From: Basidiobolus meristosporus CBS 931.73
Taxonomy: Eukaryota > Fungi > Basidiobolomycota
Length of the DNA stretch: 64,000 nt
Direction of reading: 5' to 3'
Assembly: GCA_002104905.1 (NCBI GenBank)
Contig: MCFE01000088.1
Coordinates: forward strand, 1-64,000
In this document: one piece after another, positions 1 through 14,200 of the stretch
Numbering within the stretch: position 1 is the first letter of the stretch
Layout of the letters: every line of letters starts with the position of its first letter
Translations under genes and position numbers: made by a program
Notes under the pieces: generated by a model
Database searches by the model: none
Told to the model about the DNA's origin: nothing
The model's input: only the letters and a program-made list of their open reading frames with translations

Positions 1-263
1 TTGCTTAATTATGAGTATCAATTCTTATCACATTTCCCTTATCAATGTTGTTTGCATATCATTCATACCTCTCTTGCTACCCCTCTTCCCACTGAACAGT
101 GGCTTGAGTACAGAAGAACTATCATCTCTCCTTATTCACTTACCTACAAATTCCCCACAGCTACACACTCTTGTATCAAGGCTATAAAAATAGCACTGGC
201 TTCTTTGTTTCAACTGAAATAAAGATTTCACCTGTTGGTGACTGTCTCCCCACCTAACCCTAT

Positions 264-820
264 GAAAGTAGTATGAATACTTTTACATAGTTTTTACATA
301 ACAAGAATATAAAAAGGATCAAGAAAGGTCCCAAGAAGATTTGTGCAAAGTTGGGGGCTGTCTAGATAACTGTAAGAATTTTCATGTTCTGGGTACCTGA
401 TATTTTGGTGAAAATACTTTAAGTAAGTCCTGACTAGGAATTTGATCAGTTATTCTCTAAGAAATGTAGTTAATGATCTGAGTGACTAAGTTAGGTGAAT
501 ATTTAGGTGGAATTCCAAGTTCATACAACATTGGGAACTGGGGAGCTATCATTTCTTTTCATTTACTTATCTACTAATTCCCCTCAGCTGAACACCCTTC
601 TATCAAAGTTGCAAAAGTGGTGCTAGCTTCTTTGCTTCAACTGATATAAATAATTCACCTGATGGTGACTATTTCTCAATTGAGGTACCTGATGTTTTGA
701 CTATAATACTCAAAGTGAGTCCCATTAGGGAACTTGATCGGAATTCTCCGGGATTTGTAGGTAATGATTTTGATGACTAAGTTAGGTACATGATTTGGTG
801 TAACTACACAATTTATAACA
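264..820 (-). repeat. Degenerate LTR fragments of the Copia family found at 11265-15951
   Basis: 264-530 aligns to the Copia LTR (ggtcccaagaa...gttctgggtacc...gactaagttaggtgaatatttaggtgg...tacaaca); a second partial piece lies at ~720-820. Confidence 0.75.
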
Positions 821-1892
821 AATCCTCCTCAAATTCCAAATTGATTCTGCCCTTCTTCCAAGATACTAAATGAGCAACAATAGCAATCATCAGCGAGACA
901 TTGAGAAAGTTGCATATTGGAACTTCTAAGATGGGAAGCTTAGCCTAGAAAAGGGTAAAGATTTACAAAATGGTATCTGACTGAAACCTTGCCTCAGCCA
1001 TGCCAAACTAGTCTGAGAAGAGTCTGTAATAAAGTCATGTCAAGTTTGCCATCATCCCCTCTGTTCCTGTATGGTGCTACTGGAATCCTTAATAAGCCCC
1101 TATTTTATATGACCATCATGACTTTCTTGGCAGTAAGCACAAAGCAGGCTCCTACCTGTGATGTGACCAACTTCCTGAAAGAACAAGCTATTCACATCCT
1201 TAAAGATATCACTGGTGCTCCATTTGAAGAGCTTCGGAGTGATTCTGGAAGCTTGCAATAGGTTGTGGAAGAGTTCCACCAGCAACCTAATGCTTCAGCT
1301 TCTGAGTGCCCAAAGTTGATTGTGGTGTTTATGACCCGATTTATTACCATCATTGTTACTACCCAATCTGCACAGGTTGTATTACCATGAATCACATCAA
1401 TGAGAAAAATTGGTATTTTGGCCATTGACTCGGAGTTTGCATAGCTTAAGATTTATCAACCTAATTTGCACCATTGTAATTCCATGGCAAAATGAGCACG
1501 GGTATAGCTCCAAAGAGGTATAATGCAAAGTATATGGGAAATCCAGGCCACTTTTGGCTGATTTTTACCCATTTTTGTTGGCTCCGTTATTGATTACACA
1601 TTGTATGCTTAGCACCATATTTTTAGATCATCCTTGAATGTGTATCCATAAACGTACCAGATAGTTGGAATAGTCAATCTACATTTGAAGCAACCAAATA
1701 TACAACCAACTGTAAAAATAGGCAGTACGTCGCTATGATACATTAGGAGTCTAATGATGCATATGCAAGAGATGATGGTTGGGCTACCTGTGCTATGAAT
1801 ATACAAACACGTTAATTTCTTTATTTTACATATTATTTCTAAAATAACCACTTCATAGTAATGTTGCTAGGATATCATATAATAATGAGAGT

Positions 1893-3462
1893 CTAGTTCT
1901 TTTGCTTGGCACCATTCAGCTCCTCTCCACCTCTATGTCTGGCCGTCAACTCCTCGATACTCTTACCCTTGGTCTCACGTACGAAGAAGAGAATTCCAAC
2001 GAATCCAACGGCGCAACAGCCTGCGAAAATCAAGAAGATGTAGCCGTTAATGGCATCCGAGACGGCTGGGAAAATGAGACCGATGACGAAGTTGGAAAGC
2101 CAATTGATGGCAAGGGCGGTACTGGAGGTGGCCGAGACTGCATTGGTAGGCATCAACTCGGTCATGATGAGGAAAGGCACTGGACCAAGTCCAACCGCAA
2201 AGAAGGCTACGAAAATAAAGACTGCAGCCACAAGGTTAGTAACCAGCACCTGCTTGATGTCACAGAATGAGCTACTTACTGGATGCAACGGTCAATCCGT
2301 CGTTATGGACCTCAAGACCGACACACATGAGAATATTGAAAATGGCAGAGCCGCCACTTGAGAGGAGAAGCAAGAACTTTCTACCCGAGCGATCAACGAG
2401 GACAACCGAGACAATGGTCATGAAAACGTTGAGTCCCATGAGTCCCACGGTGACGTACTTGGCCTTCTCATGGTAGATTTCTCCGAAGATGGAGGTGCAG
2501 TAGTACATGATACCGTTAATGCCGGACCATTGCTGGAGAGCGCCAAGACCAATGCAGATGATGAAGGGGAGTGTGCAATGCTTATCCTTGATGATCTCCA
2601 TGACACTCAGGTTTTTGGGAAGGTTCTTGGCCTCCTCACGAGCTTGAAGGATTTCTTGGAACTCAATCTCGATATCGGCATTGCCTCTCAGCTTCTGGAG
2701 TGAAGCCTTAGCCTCTTCGTTTCTGTTCATCGACACGAGGTAACGTGGGGTCTCAACGCACATCGGCATAAGGATGGCTTGGACAAGGCCGAAGGCTCCC
2801 ACGAGAGCAACCAACACTCTCCAACCGACCGAGGTGGCCATACCCAAACTCATGCATTCGACCACAAGGATACCGATGACAGTGTTGAACTGGTTGCAAG
2901 TACCGAAAGTACCACGGGTCTTGATGGGGGCCACTTCACCGATGTACGTGGGCAGGATGACAGCACCGTGACCGCAAGCAAACCCGATCAAGAAACGACC
3001 GCAAATCCACATACCGGGGTTAATGGACATGCCCATCAAAAGCCCGCCCAGCACGAAGAAGAAGTTGTTTCCGATCATAGCAAGGCGACGTCCGTACTTC
3101 TCCTGGGTGTAGCCGGCCAGCATACATCCAAAAGTGCCGCCAAGAGCTGAGTTGCCCACGGCGAAACCCCACAGCCAACTGCCCATATCGAAGCAATGAG
3201 GAAATCTACCATCAAGCTTGACATTGTTTGTGGGACAATTCCGGATAGAGTCAGAAGCTAGAAATCAAGTCAGAGAGATGAATAAAACCCCTCGCATAAA
3301 CAGTCACCGGGCGTACTTACTGATATTGGTGGATGAGGTGGTGAAACCACTGGAGAACATCACAATGCATGCAACCAGGGTACAAAAGAGGGCGAATGGA
3401 GGATAGCTGACGTTCCTAGAGTCATTGGGGCTTCTCCTTTCCTCGGACGCACTGGAGTCCAT
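1893..3462 (-). CDS. MFS sugar porter (GLUT-like), copy 1; 3 exons
   Basis: Spliced reading MDSSASEERR...TSSTNI / TSDSIRNC...GLTVAS / IFIFVAFFAVGLGPVPF; sugar-porter motifs QQWSGING, DRSGRK, ETPRYL, RETKGKSIEE; 58-nt intron 2222-2279 with GTAAGT, CTAAC branch point and CAG. Confidence 0.9.
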
Positions 3463-5083
3463 GTTTCAAGTAGTTGATAGAGAGTTCTGAAGACGGTAGA
3501 GTAGATGTTTTTCTAAATTCCTTAGAAAAACTGCGTTGTTTGTCCTATACAAGGCGCCCGACTGGTGACTTATATTCACCCTTGGACACGAAAATCGTGG
3601 TATTTGAATTTCCGAGCAATAAATATGGAATAAAACATGCCACCCGTCTGGGTAACCAATTGGGCTAGGTTGTGATCGGAGATCAAAATCGGGCACGCCT
3701 CTCGGTATGCTTTCCTCTATATAGAGTATATATAACTTTTTATGCATGAAAAGGTTCTCATTTTGGCTCGGCCCAGTATGTTAAGTTTCACAAAGTAGCC
3801 AAAAAGGATATTATTATACTTTGTTAGTCAACGAGAGCCTATAGAATTTGTCGAGGATACCAACGTTTTAGGGCAGCTCTTATATATGGCATACCCCCTT
3901 TATACGCATTCTCTTACCATTGCAAGCAAGACGGCTCATGTGTGGATGCCACAAAAGTTATCTATACGAAAACGTGGACTCGTGTGGCTTTTTCTCCATA
4001 TCGAAACACACTGTTTCACCTTGCTACTTCTAGAAGGAGACAACTTTGGATACTCCGGAAGAGTATTAGGCCAACGTTGCAGAGTATCATGCCGCAAGTA
4101 CATAGCCTAGAATTTCTAGCCCTTCTGGGGGTGCGCTTTCCCCGTGAGATGAATACGGTATGATCTTTAGAAATTTCTCCAAGTCATATGATATGATGGA
4201 ACTGCCCTAACTTCAGTAAATAGAGAACTCCACTTGAAATGCCATCCCAGTCTTACAGACACTTCAATAATTTCAAAGCCCATTGAAACAACTCGGCCGA
4301 TAATAAAAATCCACATTCCGATCGGTAGTATCCATACTGCCTAGTCAAAGGAATTCAAGCGCAGACGATGAGATAAAGTCAGAGTTGAGGTGAACGTATG
4401 GATTTTCTTCCGGATCACGTTGATTATAATGGGATGCTGGACCAAATGAACCCTCGTGAGCCACCACAAGTCTGCTCATGGCATCACTTTGGCATTTGAA
4501 TGTAGGTGTGTGAACTAGTGGTGTATAGAAAATTTCGGTATCTAGATCGGTGGCTAAAGGCCGATTAATTTAAGTTCTGGACATCTCCAGTGATAGCCAA
4601 CTCCTCAACACCAAAAATTATTTATACGTGATTCGTCCCAAATAGGGAATAATCTTGCTCAGAATGATTATCGGGGACGTTTACCGAGGGAATTTATTGG
4701 TCCACCAGGTGTTGTCTTATTTCCATAATTCTCATCTAATGGCAATTCGGTTCTGGAATAGTCAGTTCTGATGTCTTTTGGTTGTTAGTAGCAACAATGA
4801 GGGCTTACAGGGCTGTATCCCTAAAGCTAGACGAACTGTTTCACTAGAATCGGTAGCCAAATAAACCCGCTTTGACCACCTCTTATCAACGAGACTGCAC
4901 ATAGGCTACCTACTATATCATATATCCCAAATAACTCTCGATTAGGATTGGCCAGCATTATTTTCTCTAATTTTAGTATTATACACAAGGTTCATATAAT
5001 CATCATGCCAACTATATTCAACTGAATGGCTCCATTAAGATGAGGTAAATATCATTTATTGAGGATTTCAAGATGGACCAAAG

Positions 5084-5977
5084 TTAACCAACAGTGATTT
5101 GAAGCTTCTCAATAAAATCGTGAACTGTAGCAGGCTTGAGGTCAGGGAATCTGGCGATATCGTTGATCTTTTGAAAAGTATACCCGGAGCAAAGAAACCT
5201 TTTCAATTCTTCAACGAAGGCCGCGTATTCGTTTTGGAAGGTTGTCTGGTTGAGAATGGCAATCGCCTCCTGCGCTGTTTGGTAAGTAACTTCAAGTTTC
5301 GTGTTGTGTGTTCTTTCAATATCAAGTACGACCTCATTTAAGCTTTTGGTGTCTGCGGAAAAGTTGACCTCTTGGTTTCTAGTAGCCGGGTTGGCAAGAA
5401 CAGCTGCGACATACTCCCCCACATCGTGACGATTCGACCAGGATACCAGTGCATTTCCATCACCCACAAGGGTCACACGTTTGCTGACGAGATCGAAACC
5501 AAGCTCGGGTACGAGTGTGGTGTCGGTAAACATTCCAGCGTTAATGAATGTCCACGAAATGATGTCTTCGTGACTGATCAACTTCTCTCGAATATCATTT
5601 TTGGGGGTCAACTCAACGTCGTACATGATTTGAAACTCGGACTTGATATCCCCGAGACCGCGAAGATCGACTCCGTACTCTGAAGGTAGAAATCGCTTAA
5701 CACCAGCCTCAATCGCTGCATCAATCAGTTGGAGTTGTCCATCGAGGATAGCTGCCCCCGAGATTGCAGAGACGACTGCGTCGATTCCTCGAAGCGCCTC
5801 CACCAGATTGGCATGGTTATGGTAGTCAACAACCACTATTTTGACGCCTGGTATACTGATGCCTTCACTTCGGGTTAAAACGGTCACTTGATAGTTGTTA
5901 CGAACAAGAGCCTCAGTAATGAACTTCCCAATGCCACCGTTTCCGCCTGCGACTGCAACTGTAGTGATTTGACTCAT
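5084..5977 (-). CDS. NmrA-like / isoflavone-reductase-like NAD(P)-binding protein, intronless
   Basis: 297-aa ORF; Rossmann motif VAVAGGNGGIG, GIDAVVSA, GVKRFLPSEYG. Confidence 0.85.
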   Translation of the reverse strand: MSQITTVAVAGGNGGIGKFITEALVRNNYQVTVLTRSEGISIPGVKIVVVDYHNHANLVEALRGIDAVVSAISGAAILDGQLQLIDAAIEAGVKRFLPSEYGVDLRGLGDIKSEFQIMYDVELTPKNDIREKLISHEDIISWTFINAGMFTDTTLVPELGFDLVSKRVTLVGDGNALVSWSNRHDVGEYVAAVLANPATRNQEVNFSADTKSLNEVVLDIERTHNTKLEVTYQTAQEAIAILNQTTFQNEYAAFVEELKRFLCSGYTFQKINDIARFPDLKPATVHDFIEKLQITVG

Positions 5978-6722
5978 GATACTTTGTTTCTTGGCATGCT
6001 TTTCACATGCAGCTTATATGGATTCGAAGAGTGGTCGATTAGTAATTTGGATTAGTCCTTTGTCTACTTTGGCGGGAAAACTGGTTTATCCGTTGCATGA
6101 AACATGGCTTCGGTGTAGGGATTTATCATTCATCTGATGTATGATCTCATGAACGATAGTTTCGATATTAGTAATGGCGCCTCTCTTCTACTACGGATAC
6201 TTGGATGTGGCTTAGTAGACAGCTGTAAACGACTCAATGAACACGGCCGTATATTGAGCTGTTAATACCCACTTCGATATATATGACCAATACCTTTGAC
6301 TCCTCTATTAGATTGCCGTTACACCCAATATTGTTCAAGTAGTTGGTTTAGCACTTGGCGTATTGATCATTCTTAGGCATCACTTTACAATGTTATGCAA
6401 TGGTAGGTGATCAATCCAACATGCTCATTTTGTAGTTGATTCATTAGCTTACTAATCAAGCCATCAACGTGTAAGTGCAAGATTAAAAGCGGCAAAAGGA
6501 GTGTACATGCAATCTGAGCAATTCGAGTGAGCAGATACCATATTAAGTTCACATCCAACAACAAGGTAGTGCAACATATTGACGATAGGCGAGATTTATT
6601 TTACAAATTAATTCCAAAATATGACATAGTGAGCGAGAGTAATGGTATTCTGATAATAAGTTATATCCAAGTAAGAACAGCTCAATGTGTTGCGATGTCT
6701 AGTTCTATAGGCGATGTGGTGC

Positions 6723-8292
6723 CTAGTTCTTCTGCTTGGCACCATTCAGCTCCTCTCCACCTCTATGTCTGGCCGTCAACTCCTCGATACTCTTACCCTT
6801 GGTCTCACGTACGAAGAAGAGAATTCCAACGAATCCAACGGCGCAACAGCCGGCGAAAATCAAGAAGATGTAGCCGTTAATGGCATCCGAGACGGCTGGG
6901 AAAATGAGACCGATGACGAAGTTGGAAAGCCAATTGATGGCAAGGGCGGTACTGGAGGTGGCCGAGACTGCATTGGTAGGCATCAACTCGGTCATGATGA
7001 GGAAAGGCACTGGACCAAGTCCAACCGCAAAGAAGGCTACGAAGATAAAGACTGCAGCCACAAGGTTAGTAACCAGCACCTGCTTGATGTCACAGAATGA
7101 GCTACTTACTGGATGCAACGGTCAATCCGTCGTTATGGACCTCAAGACCGACACACATGAGAATATTGAAAATGGCAGAGCCGCCACTTGAGAGCAGGAG
7201 CAAGAACTTTCTACCCGAGCGATCAACGAGGACAACCGAGACAATGGTCATGAAAACGTTGAGTCCCATGAGTCCCACGGTGACGTACTTGGCCTTCTCA
7301 TGGTAGATTTCTCCGAAGATGGAGGTGCAGTAGTACATGATACCGTTAATGCCGGACCATTGCTGGAGAGCGCCAAGACCAATGCAGATGATGAAGGGGA
7401 GTGTGCAATGCTTATCCTTGATGATCTCCATGACACTCAGGTTTTTGGGAAGGTTCTTGGCCTCCTCACGAGCTTGAAGGATTTCTTGGAACTCAATCTC
7501 GATATCGGCATTGCCTCTCAGCTTCTGGAGTGAAGCCTTAGCCTCTTCGTTTCTGTTCATCGACACGAGGTAACGTGGGGTCTCAACGCACATCGGCATA
7601 AGGATGGCTTGGACAAGGCCGAAGGCTCCCACGAGAGCAACCAACACTCTCCAACCGACCGAGGTGGCCATACCCAAACTCATGCATTCGACCACAAGGA
7701 TACCGATGACAGTGTTGAACTGGTTGCAAGTACCGAAAGTACCACGGGTCTTGATGGGGGCCACTTCACCGATGTACGTGGGCAGGATGACAGCACCGTG
7801 ACCGCAAGCAAATCCGATCAAGAAACGACCGCAAATCCACATACCGGGGTTAATGGACATGCCCATCAAAAGCCCGCCCAGCACGAAGAAGAAGTTGTTT
7901 CCGATCATGGCGAGGCGACGTCCGTACTTCTCCTGGGTGTAGCCGGCCAGCATACATCCAAAAGTGCCGCCAAGAGCTGAGTTGCCCACGGCGAAACCCC
8001 ACAGCCAGCTGCCCATATCGAAGCAATGAGGAAATCTACCATCAAGCTTGACATTGTTTGTGGGACAATTCCGGATAGAGTCAGAAGCTAGAAATCAAGT
8101 CAGAGAGATGAATAAAACCCCTCGCATAAACAGTCACCGGGCGTACTTACTGATATTGGTGGATGAGGTGGTGAAACCACTGGAGAACATCACAATGCAT
8201 GCAACCAGGGTACAAAAGAGGGCGAATGGAGGATAGCTGACGTTCCTAGAGTCATTGGGGCTTCTCCTTTCCTCAGACGCACTGGAGTCCAT
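6723..8292 (-). CDS. MFS sugar porter (GLUT-like), copy 2
   Basis: Same exon structure offset by 4830 bp; the listed ORF translations (304 aa and 131 aa) are identical to copy 1. Confidence 0.9.
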
Positions 8293-10068
8293 GTTTCAAG
8301 TAGTTGATAGAGAGTTCCGAAGTCGGTAAAATGTTTGGCTTTCTAAATTCCTCAGAAAACCTGTTGCTTGTTGGGATTGAGGGGTTCGACGGGCGACTTT
8401 TATTTCTTCGTTGACTAGGATGTCCTGGTATTTGAATTCCCGAATGATCATTTTGGTTGGAATCATGTCGTCGTCGCGGTTGTGACTTGGGCTAGGTTGT
8501 GATCGGAGATCTAAATCGGGCTCACCTCTCTTTTTGCCAAACTCTATATGGTAGTCTCTTCGCCCCATATAGAGCACATCTATCTTGATATGGAAATTAT
8601 AGCACCTATTTAATGTGGCTTTCGTTTTCAAAAACCACCCAAAAGTATCTCGACATACCTCCTTTGTCAGGAAAAGAGTCCATTGGTTGGGTTATTGATA
8701 CCAAAGAGTCGTTAAAATTCCTTTGTACGGAATAACCGCTTGATACGCATTCGATTACCATCACCAACATAAGGCAGCACATTGTGTGGATGCCACAATA
8801 CTTATCTACACGAAAACGTAGATCTGTGTGGGCCATTCTCTCCAGATACAGACATACTGTTTCAGTTGTTTACTCGGGGAAGGGGAATATTAGCACTGAT
8901 GGTTTGAAGGTCCAATAGTGCCAAGTCTCGCCAAGCCTGGATTTGCCAGCGTCTCCGGGATTTTGCTCTTCTAACCATAGGGCAAGACAAGTGTCTACCT
9001 TGAAATTTCATCGGGCCACGGTATATGACGGTATAAACACAGATCCCCGTTTGAGGAAGGCCGTTGGTGGATTTGCCTCATTGGTAGAACAGCCAAGCCT
9101 CCTTGGAGAAACAACCGTATTTAGCCTTAGGTTTCGGAGCTTATGGTCATTCTGGTATAATCAATTTTCCAAATATGGCATGCTTATGTGGAAAGTCTTC
9201 CCAAGAATCTTCATTAAGATCACGAGGCGCGAATCTAGAGCTATGCCAACTTCGATTGGGTTTTTTTTGACACGCTGACTAGAGCTGAACTTGATTTTCA
9301 GTAAATCTCCACTAATTAATATAATAGAAGTGGGTGCGTGGATTCGGATTTGGGCTTGGATAATATCCATGTATAGAATGATTCAAAGTACTCCAGAGTT
9401 GGGTTGGATTTACTGGATTTGGGCTACCCACTTTGGAACAGGTCAGATAGAGATATACATGTTCACTCTAATTTCGCTCACCAAACAGTTATTGGATGTC
9501 TTAATGACCCTAGCAAAACATTCAGCAACCATTCAGTAGCTTCAGGGTACGAACACCATTGAAAGCCGGTAGGCTGCTGTATAGTATTTCTATAAATAGA
9601 GATAGCAAGGGGTGAGTTCTACATGGGTGGTCATGTAAAGATCTTCAACGTCCCCACTTGGCCAAATTACTTCCAGCTATAAAAACACGTATATGAATAA
9701 TTCAGTAGAACACAAACCCGGTAATCTGGCTGATTGGTGATGCAAACTGATATTTGAACTTCGCCCAGTAGGCTCTATCACAATTAACAAACAGATTATA
9801 AAAACGGAGTAATTTGGTACAAAGCTCTTGTTTGATAAGCCGGAAATGAACTTGAACACTACATTGATTTTTGATGATGTTGTAGCAATTATTCAGTTTG
9901 ACACCTAAATCTTCCATGTATCTCAAGTTTGTATTTCGCAAATTGCTACATTATGGATTAGCCAATTTCTATTATATAAAATATAGAAAGTTAAGGAAGT
10001 TTCCGGCCTGGTCCAAATGATGCCAAACATTGTGCACTGCTTCCCAAGACCCTTTTCGAAGTATTATA

Positions 10069-10880
10069 TGTTGTAGATATTGTAATTACACCCAAATATT
10101 CACCCAAACTAGTCACTGAGATCATTGTCTACAAATCTTAGAGAATACTGACCAAATTCTTTTTTGGAATATACTTGCAACATTTTCACCAAAATATCAG
10201 GTACCCAGAACATTGGATATTGATAAGTTGTCCAAACAGCCCCACACTTTGCACATATGCTCTTGGGACTTTCCTAGGTATTTTCAATGTGTTTTTTTTT
10301 GCCAAGACCATGAAAAATATAAACACTACTTTTACATTCATTAAACCATCAAGTGAAAACCACATAAACCACTTGTTCTCTCTATTACTTCCAGTGTTTC
10401 CAAGACTCTTACAAGATTATAATCATTACTTAAGCAGAGTTTGCTTACTCCATAAAGCAAGTGTATATCTGATGTAAAAGTCTTGGAAGCACTGGAAGTA
10501 ATAGAGAGAACAAGTGGATTATGTGGTTTTCACTTAAGATTTATTAAATGTAAGAGTAGTATTTAAGCTTTAGATGGCCTTGGCAAAAAAAACGTTGAAA
10601 ATACCTAGGAAAGTCACAAGAGCATGTGTGCAAAGTGTAGGGCTGTTTGGACAGCTCTGAGAGACTTATGTTCTGAGTACTTGATATTTTTGTGAAAATA
10701 TTTCAAATAAATTCCAACACAGAATTTGGTCAGTACTCTCTAAGACTTGTAGGTAACAATCTAAGTGACTATGTTAGGTGCATATTTAGGTGAAATTACC
10801 AATTTTGCAACACTCCCACTCAACTAAATGCTCATACAGACTAGTTCTAATTTCTATCTTTGATATTCAATTTATTGCAA
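10069..10880. repeat. Two older Copia LTRs in opposite orientations (10069-10416; 10470-10812, followed by PPT and pol 3' remnant)
   Basis: Diverged matches to the 350-bp LTR; ctcccactcaactaaatgctcatac after 10812 matches the PPT/pol end at 11615-11640. Confidence 0.75.
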
Positions 10881-11264
10881 TATTTGGAGGAGTATTGGAA
10901 GTGATGTGGAGAACTAGAGGATTTACATGTTATTCACTTTTAGATTTATTGATCAAAAGTATGATATTTATGTTGTAAAAATTCGTATTTCCACCTAAAT
11001 ATTCACCTGACTTAGTCACTTAGATTATTACCTTTATATCCTAGAAGAATAATGACCAAATTCCTTGTCGGGATTTACTTAGAATATTTTCACCAAAATA
11101 CCAGGTACCCAGAACATGAAAATTTGATAAGTTGTCCAAACAGCCCCAAACTTTGCACACATGTTCTTGGGACCTTCCTTAACCTATTCTACATGTTTGT
11201 AATGCCAAGACCAGGTAAAAGTATAAATATTACTTTTACATTCAATAAATCATTAAGTGAAAAC

Positions 11265-14200
11265 TGTTGTAAGAGTCTTGGAGATATTGGAAGTGATTTG
11301 GAGAACAAGTAGATTATGTAGTTTTCACTTAATGATTTATTGAATGTAAAAGTAGTATTTATACTTTTACATGGTCTTGGCATTACAAACACGTAGAATA
11401 GGTTAAGGAAGGTCCCAAGAACATGTGTGCAAAGTTTGGGGCTGTTTGGACAACTTTGAGAATTTTCATGTTCTGGGTACTTGGTATTTTGGTGAAAATA
11501 TTCTAAGTAAATCCCGACAAGGAATTTGGTCAGTATTCTCTAGGATTTGAAGGTGATGATCTAAGTGACTAAGTTAGGTGAATATTTAGGTGGAAAATAC
11601 GAATTTTTACAACACTCCCACTCAGCTAAATGTTCATACTGACTAGTCCTAATTTTGACCTAAAATATTCAAACTTGTCTCTAGCTAATGGTTTGGTAAA
11701 TATGTCTGCAATCATTTCATCTGTAGGACAGTAAACTAAGCTAACTAAGTTATTCTCTATAGCTTCACGTATGAAATGATGTCTAATATCTATGTGCTTG
11801 GTTCTAGCATGAAAAGTTGGATTTCTACCTAATTGTATACATCCTTGATTATCTTGAAATAAAGTAATAGGCGTTTTTTGACATAGGCCTAAATCTGTAA
11901 AGAGCTTTCTTAACCACATTGCTTCTTTTGTAGCTTCACAGGCTGCCATATACTCTGCCTCTGTAGTAGAAAGTGCTACGGTTGGTTGTTTTCTTGAATT
12001 CCATGAAATGGCTCCTTTACAGTAAAGAAAGGTGTATCCTGTGGTGGATCTTCTGTCTTCTAAATTTCGTCCCCAATCAGCATCAGAGTATCCCACAAGA
12101 TCCTGTTCTGAATCCTTATAAGTGTATCTTAAGCAGATATCAGCAGTTCCTTTTAGGTATCTAAAAATCCGCTTAACTGCTGCAATATGATCAGATCCAT
12201 AATTCTGATTATGTTGGCTGACAACTCCCACTGAATATGAGATATCTGGACGTGTTCCAAGCATGATATACATCAGACTGCCGACCATAGATTGATAAGG
12301 AAAGTCAGGGCTTTCAGATGGCACCAAGCTCTCTTGATTTGGTTGAGTTTTGACCAAGTTAAGGTTTGTCTCCATTGGGGTAGCTGCCGGTTTACAGTCT
12401 TCCATTTTGTACTTCTTTAGTATATCTTGAATATACTTGGATTGGCTTAGGGTAATAGTCTGGGTACTTCTGTCTATGGAGAACTTAATCCCTAAGTAGT
12501 AACTAAGTTCTCCTAGATCGGACATCTTGAACTCCTTAGATAGGCTGGATTTAGTCTCTTCCAATGTTTCTAGGTTATTGGCGGCTATAATAAGATCATC
12601 CACATATAGAGCTAATAGAACTGGATTTGCTCTATCTGGCTTATAGTATATACTATAGTCAGCATTACTCCTTTTGAAACTCAAAGATTCCAAATAAGAA
12701 TCTATCTTGCAATTCCAGGCTCTCGGTGATTGTTTGAGACCATATAGTGACTTTTTAAGCTTGCAGACCAAATGGGGGTTATCTTGGTCAACAAACCCAT
12801 CAGGCTGGTCCATATACACGTCCTCATCAAGTTCTCCATTCAAAAATGCAGTTTTTACATCCATTTGATGAATAAAAAACTTATATTTGGCTGCAATAGC
12901 CAATATTAATCTGATGGAATTAAACTTGGCTACCGGTGCAAAGGTCTCAGTATAGTCAAGTCCTTTTGTTTGAGAGTATCCTTTGGCTACAAGTCTTGCT
13001 TTGTATCTTTCAATTGTACCATCAGCCTTGTATTTTGTCTTGAAGACCCATCTGCATCCAATTGATTTTCGGTTGATTGGTAATTTGACTAAGTCCCAAG
13101 TTTGATTTTCCATCAGGGCCTGATATTCCTCAGTCATTGCAGATCTCCAAAACTTCGTCTGAGGGCTATTTAGGGCCTCTTTTACAGTCTGGGGTTCATC
13201 AACATGGACTGAATAGGCATAGGCTAAGTTTGTACCCTCATTGATATAGTAATTTGGGCTATTTCTTGTCCGATTGGATCTCCGGGCATTTGATACTGGA
13301 ATGATCACTTCTGGGATATTCCTGGGCACTGATTCTGGCTGAACCACGGTTGTAGAGTCCTCTGGAGTGAAAAAATTTTCATTGTTTTGCTCTGATTCAA
13401 TCCTGACAATTGGTGGACTTGAGATCAAATTTTCGTCATCATCTGATGTCATTTTTTGTGAAAATTTTGAATTTTCATCAAACAACACATCCCTGGACTT
13501 GATCAGCTTCTTTGCTTCGGTATTGTAGAGTCTGTATGCCTTACTCTCATTGCAGTAGCCCAAAAATATGCATTTTACACTTTTTGGCTCAAATTTTGAC
13601 TGATTTCCGGCCAGTTTTTTGGCATATGCTGTACACCCAAATATTCTTAGATGTTCTGCACTTGGTCTGTATCCATACCATGCTTCAAATGGAGTAGAAT
13701 CACGAAGTATTCTGTTATAACTCCTATTTTTAAGATATACAGCAGTGGCAACTGATTCCGCCCAAAAATCATAGGATAATTTTTGATCATGGATCATAGA
13801 TCTTGCCATATCAATTATTGATCTGTTAGCTCGTTCTGCTACTCCATTTTGCTGTGGGGAGTATGGTACAGTAGTCTCTTGCTTTATCCCATGAATTTTG
13901 CAGAAGTGGATGAAGAGTTTTGAGGTATATTCTCCACCATTGTCAGAGCGTATTTTCTTGATTTTTTCACCAGTTTCTCTCTCCACCATGGCTTTAAACT
14001 CCCTGAGCTTAGACAGAGCTTCTTCCTTTCTCTCCATGAAGTAAACCCATGTGTATCTTGTATAATCATCAATAAAAGTGATTAAATACTTCATCCCGCC
14101 TAAGGATAAATTTTGCATAGGTCCACACAGATCTGAGTGAATTAGATCTAATTTTTTCTTAGTTTTGATTAACCCAGAGCTCTTGAACGGTTGTCTGGCT

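Noticed and set aside
860-1450. Possible gag-knuckle/protease remnant (CAYCQESHDGH) on the minus strand
   Set aside because: CpG-poor and probably TE-derived, but too degraded to assign
1900-8240. Plus-strand ORFs overlapping the sugar transporters
   Set aside because: Antisense to well-supported genes; duplicated only because the genes are
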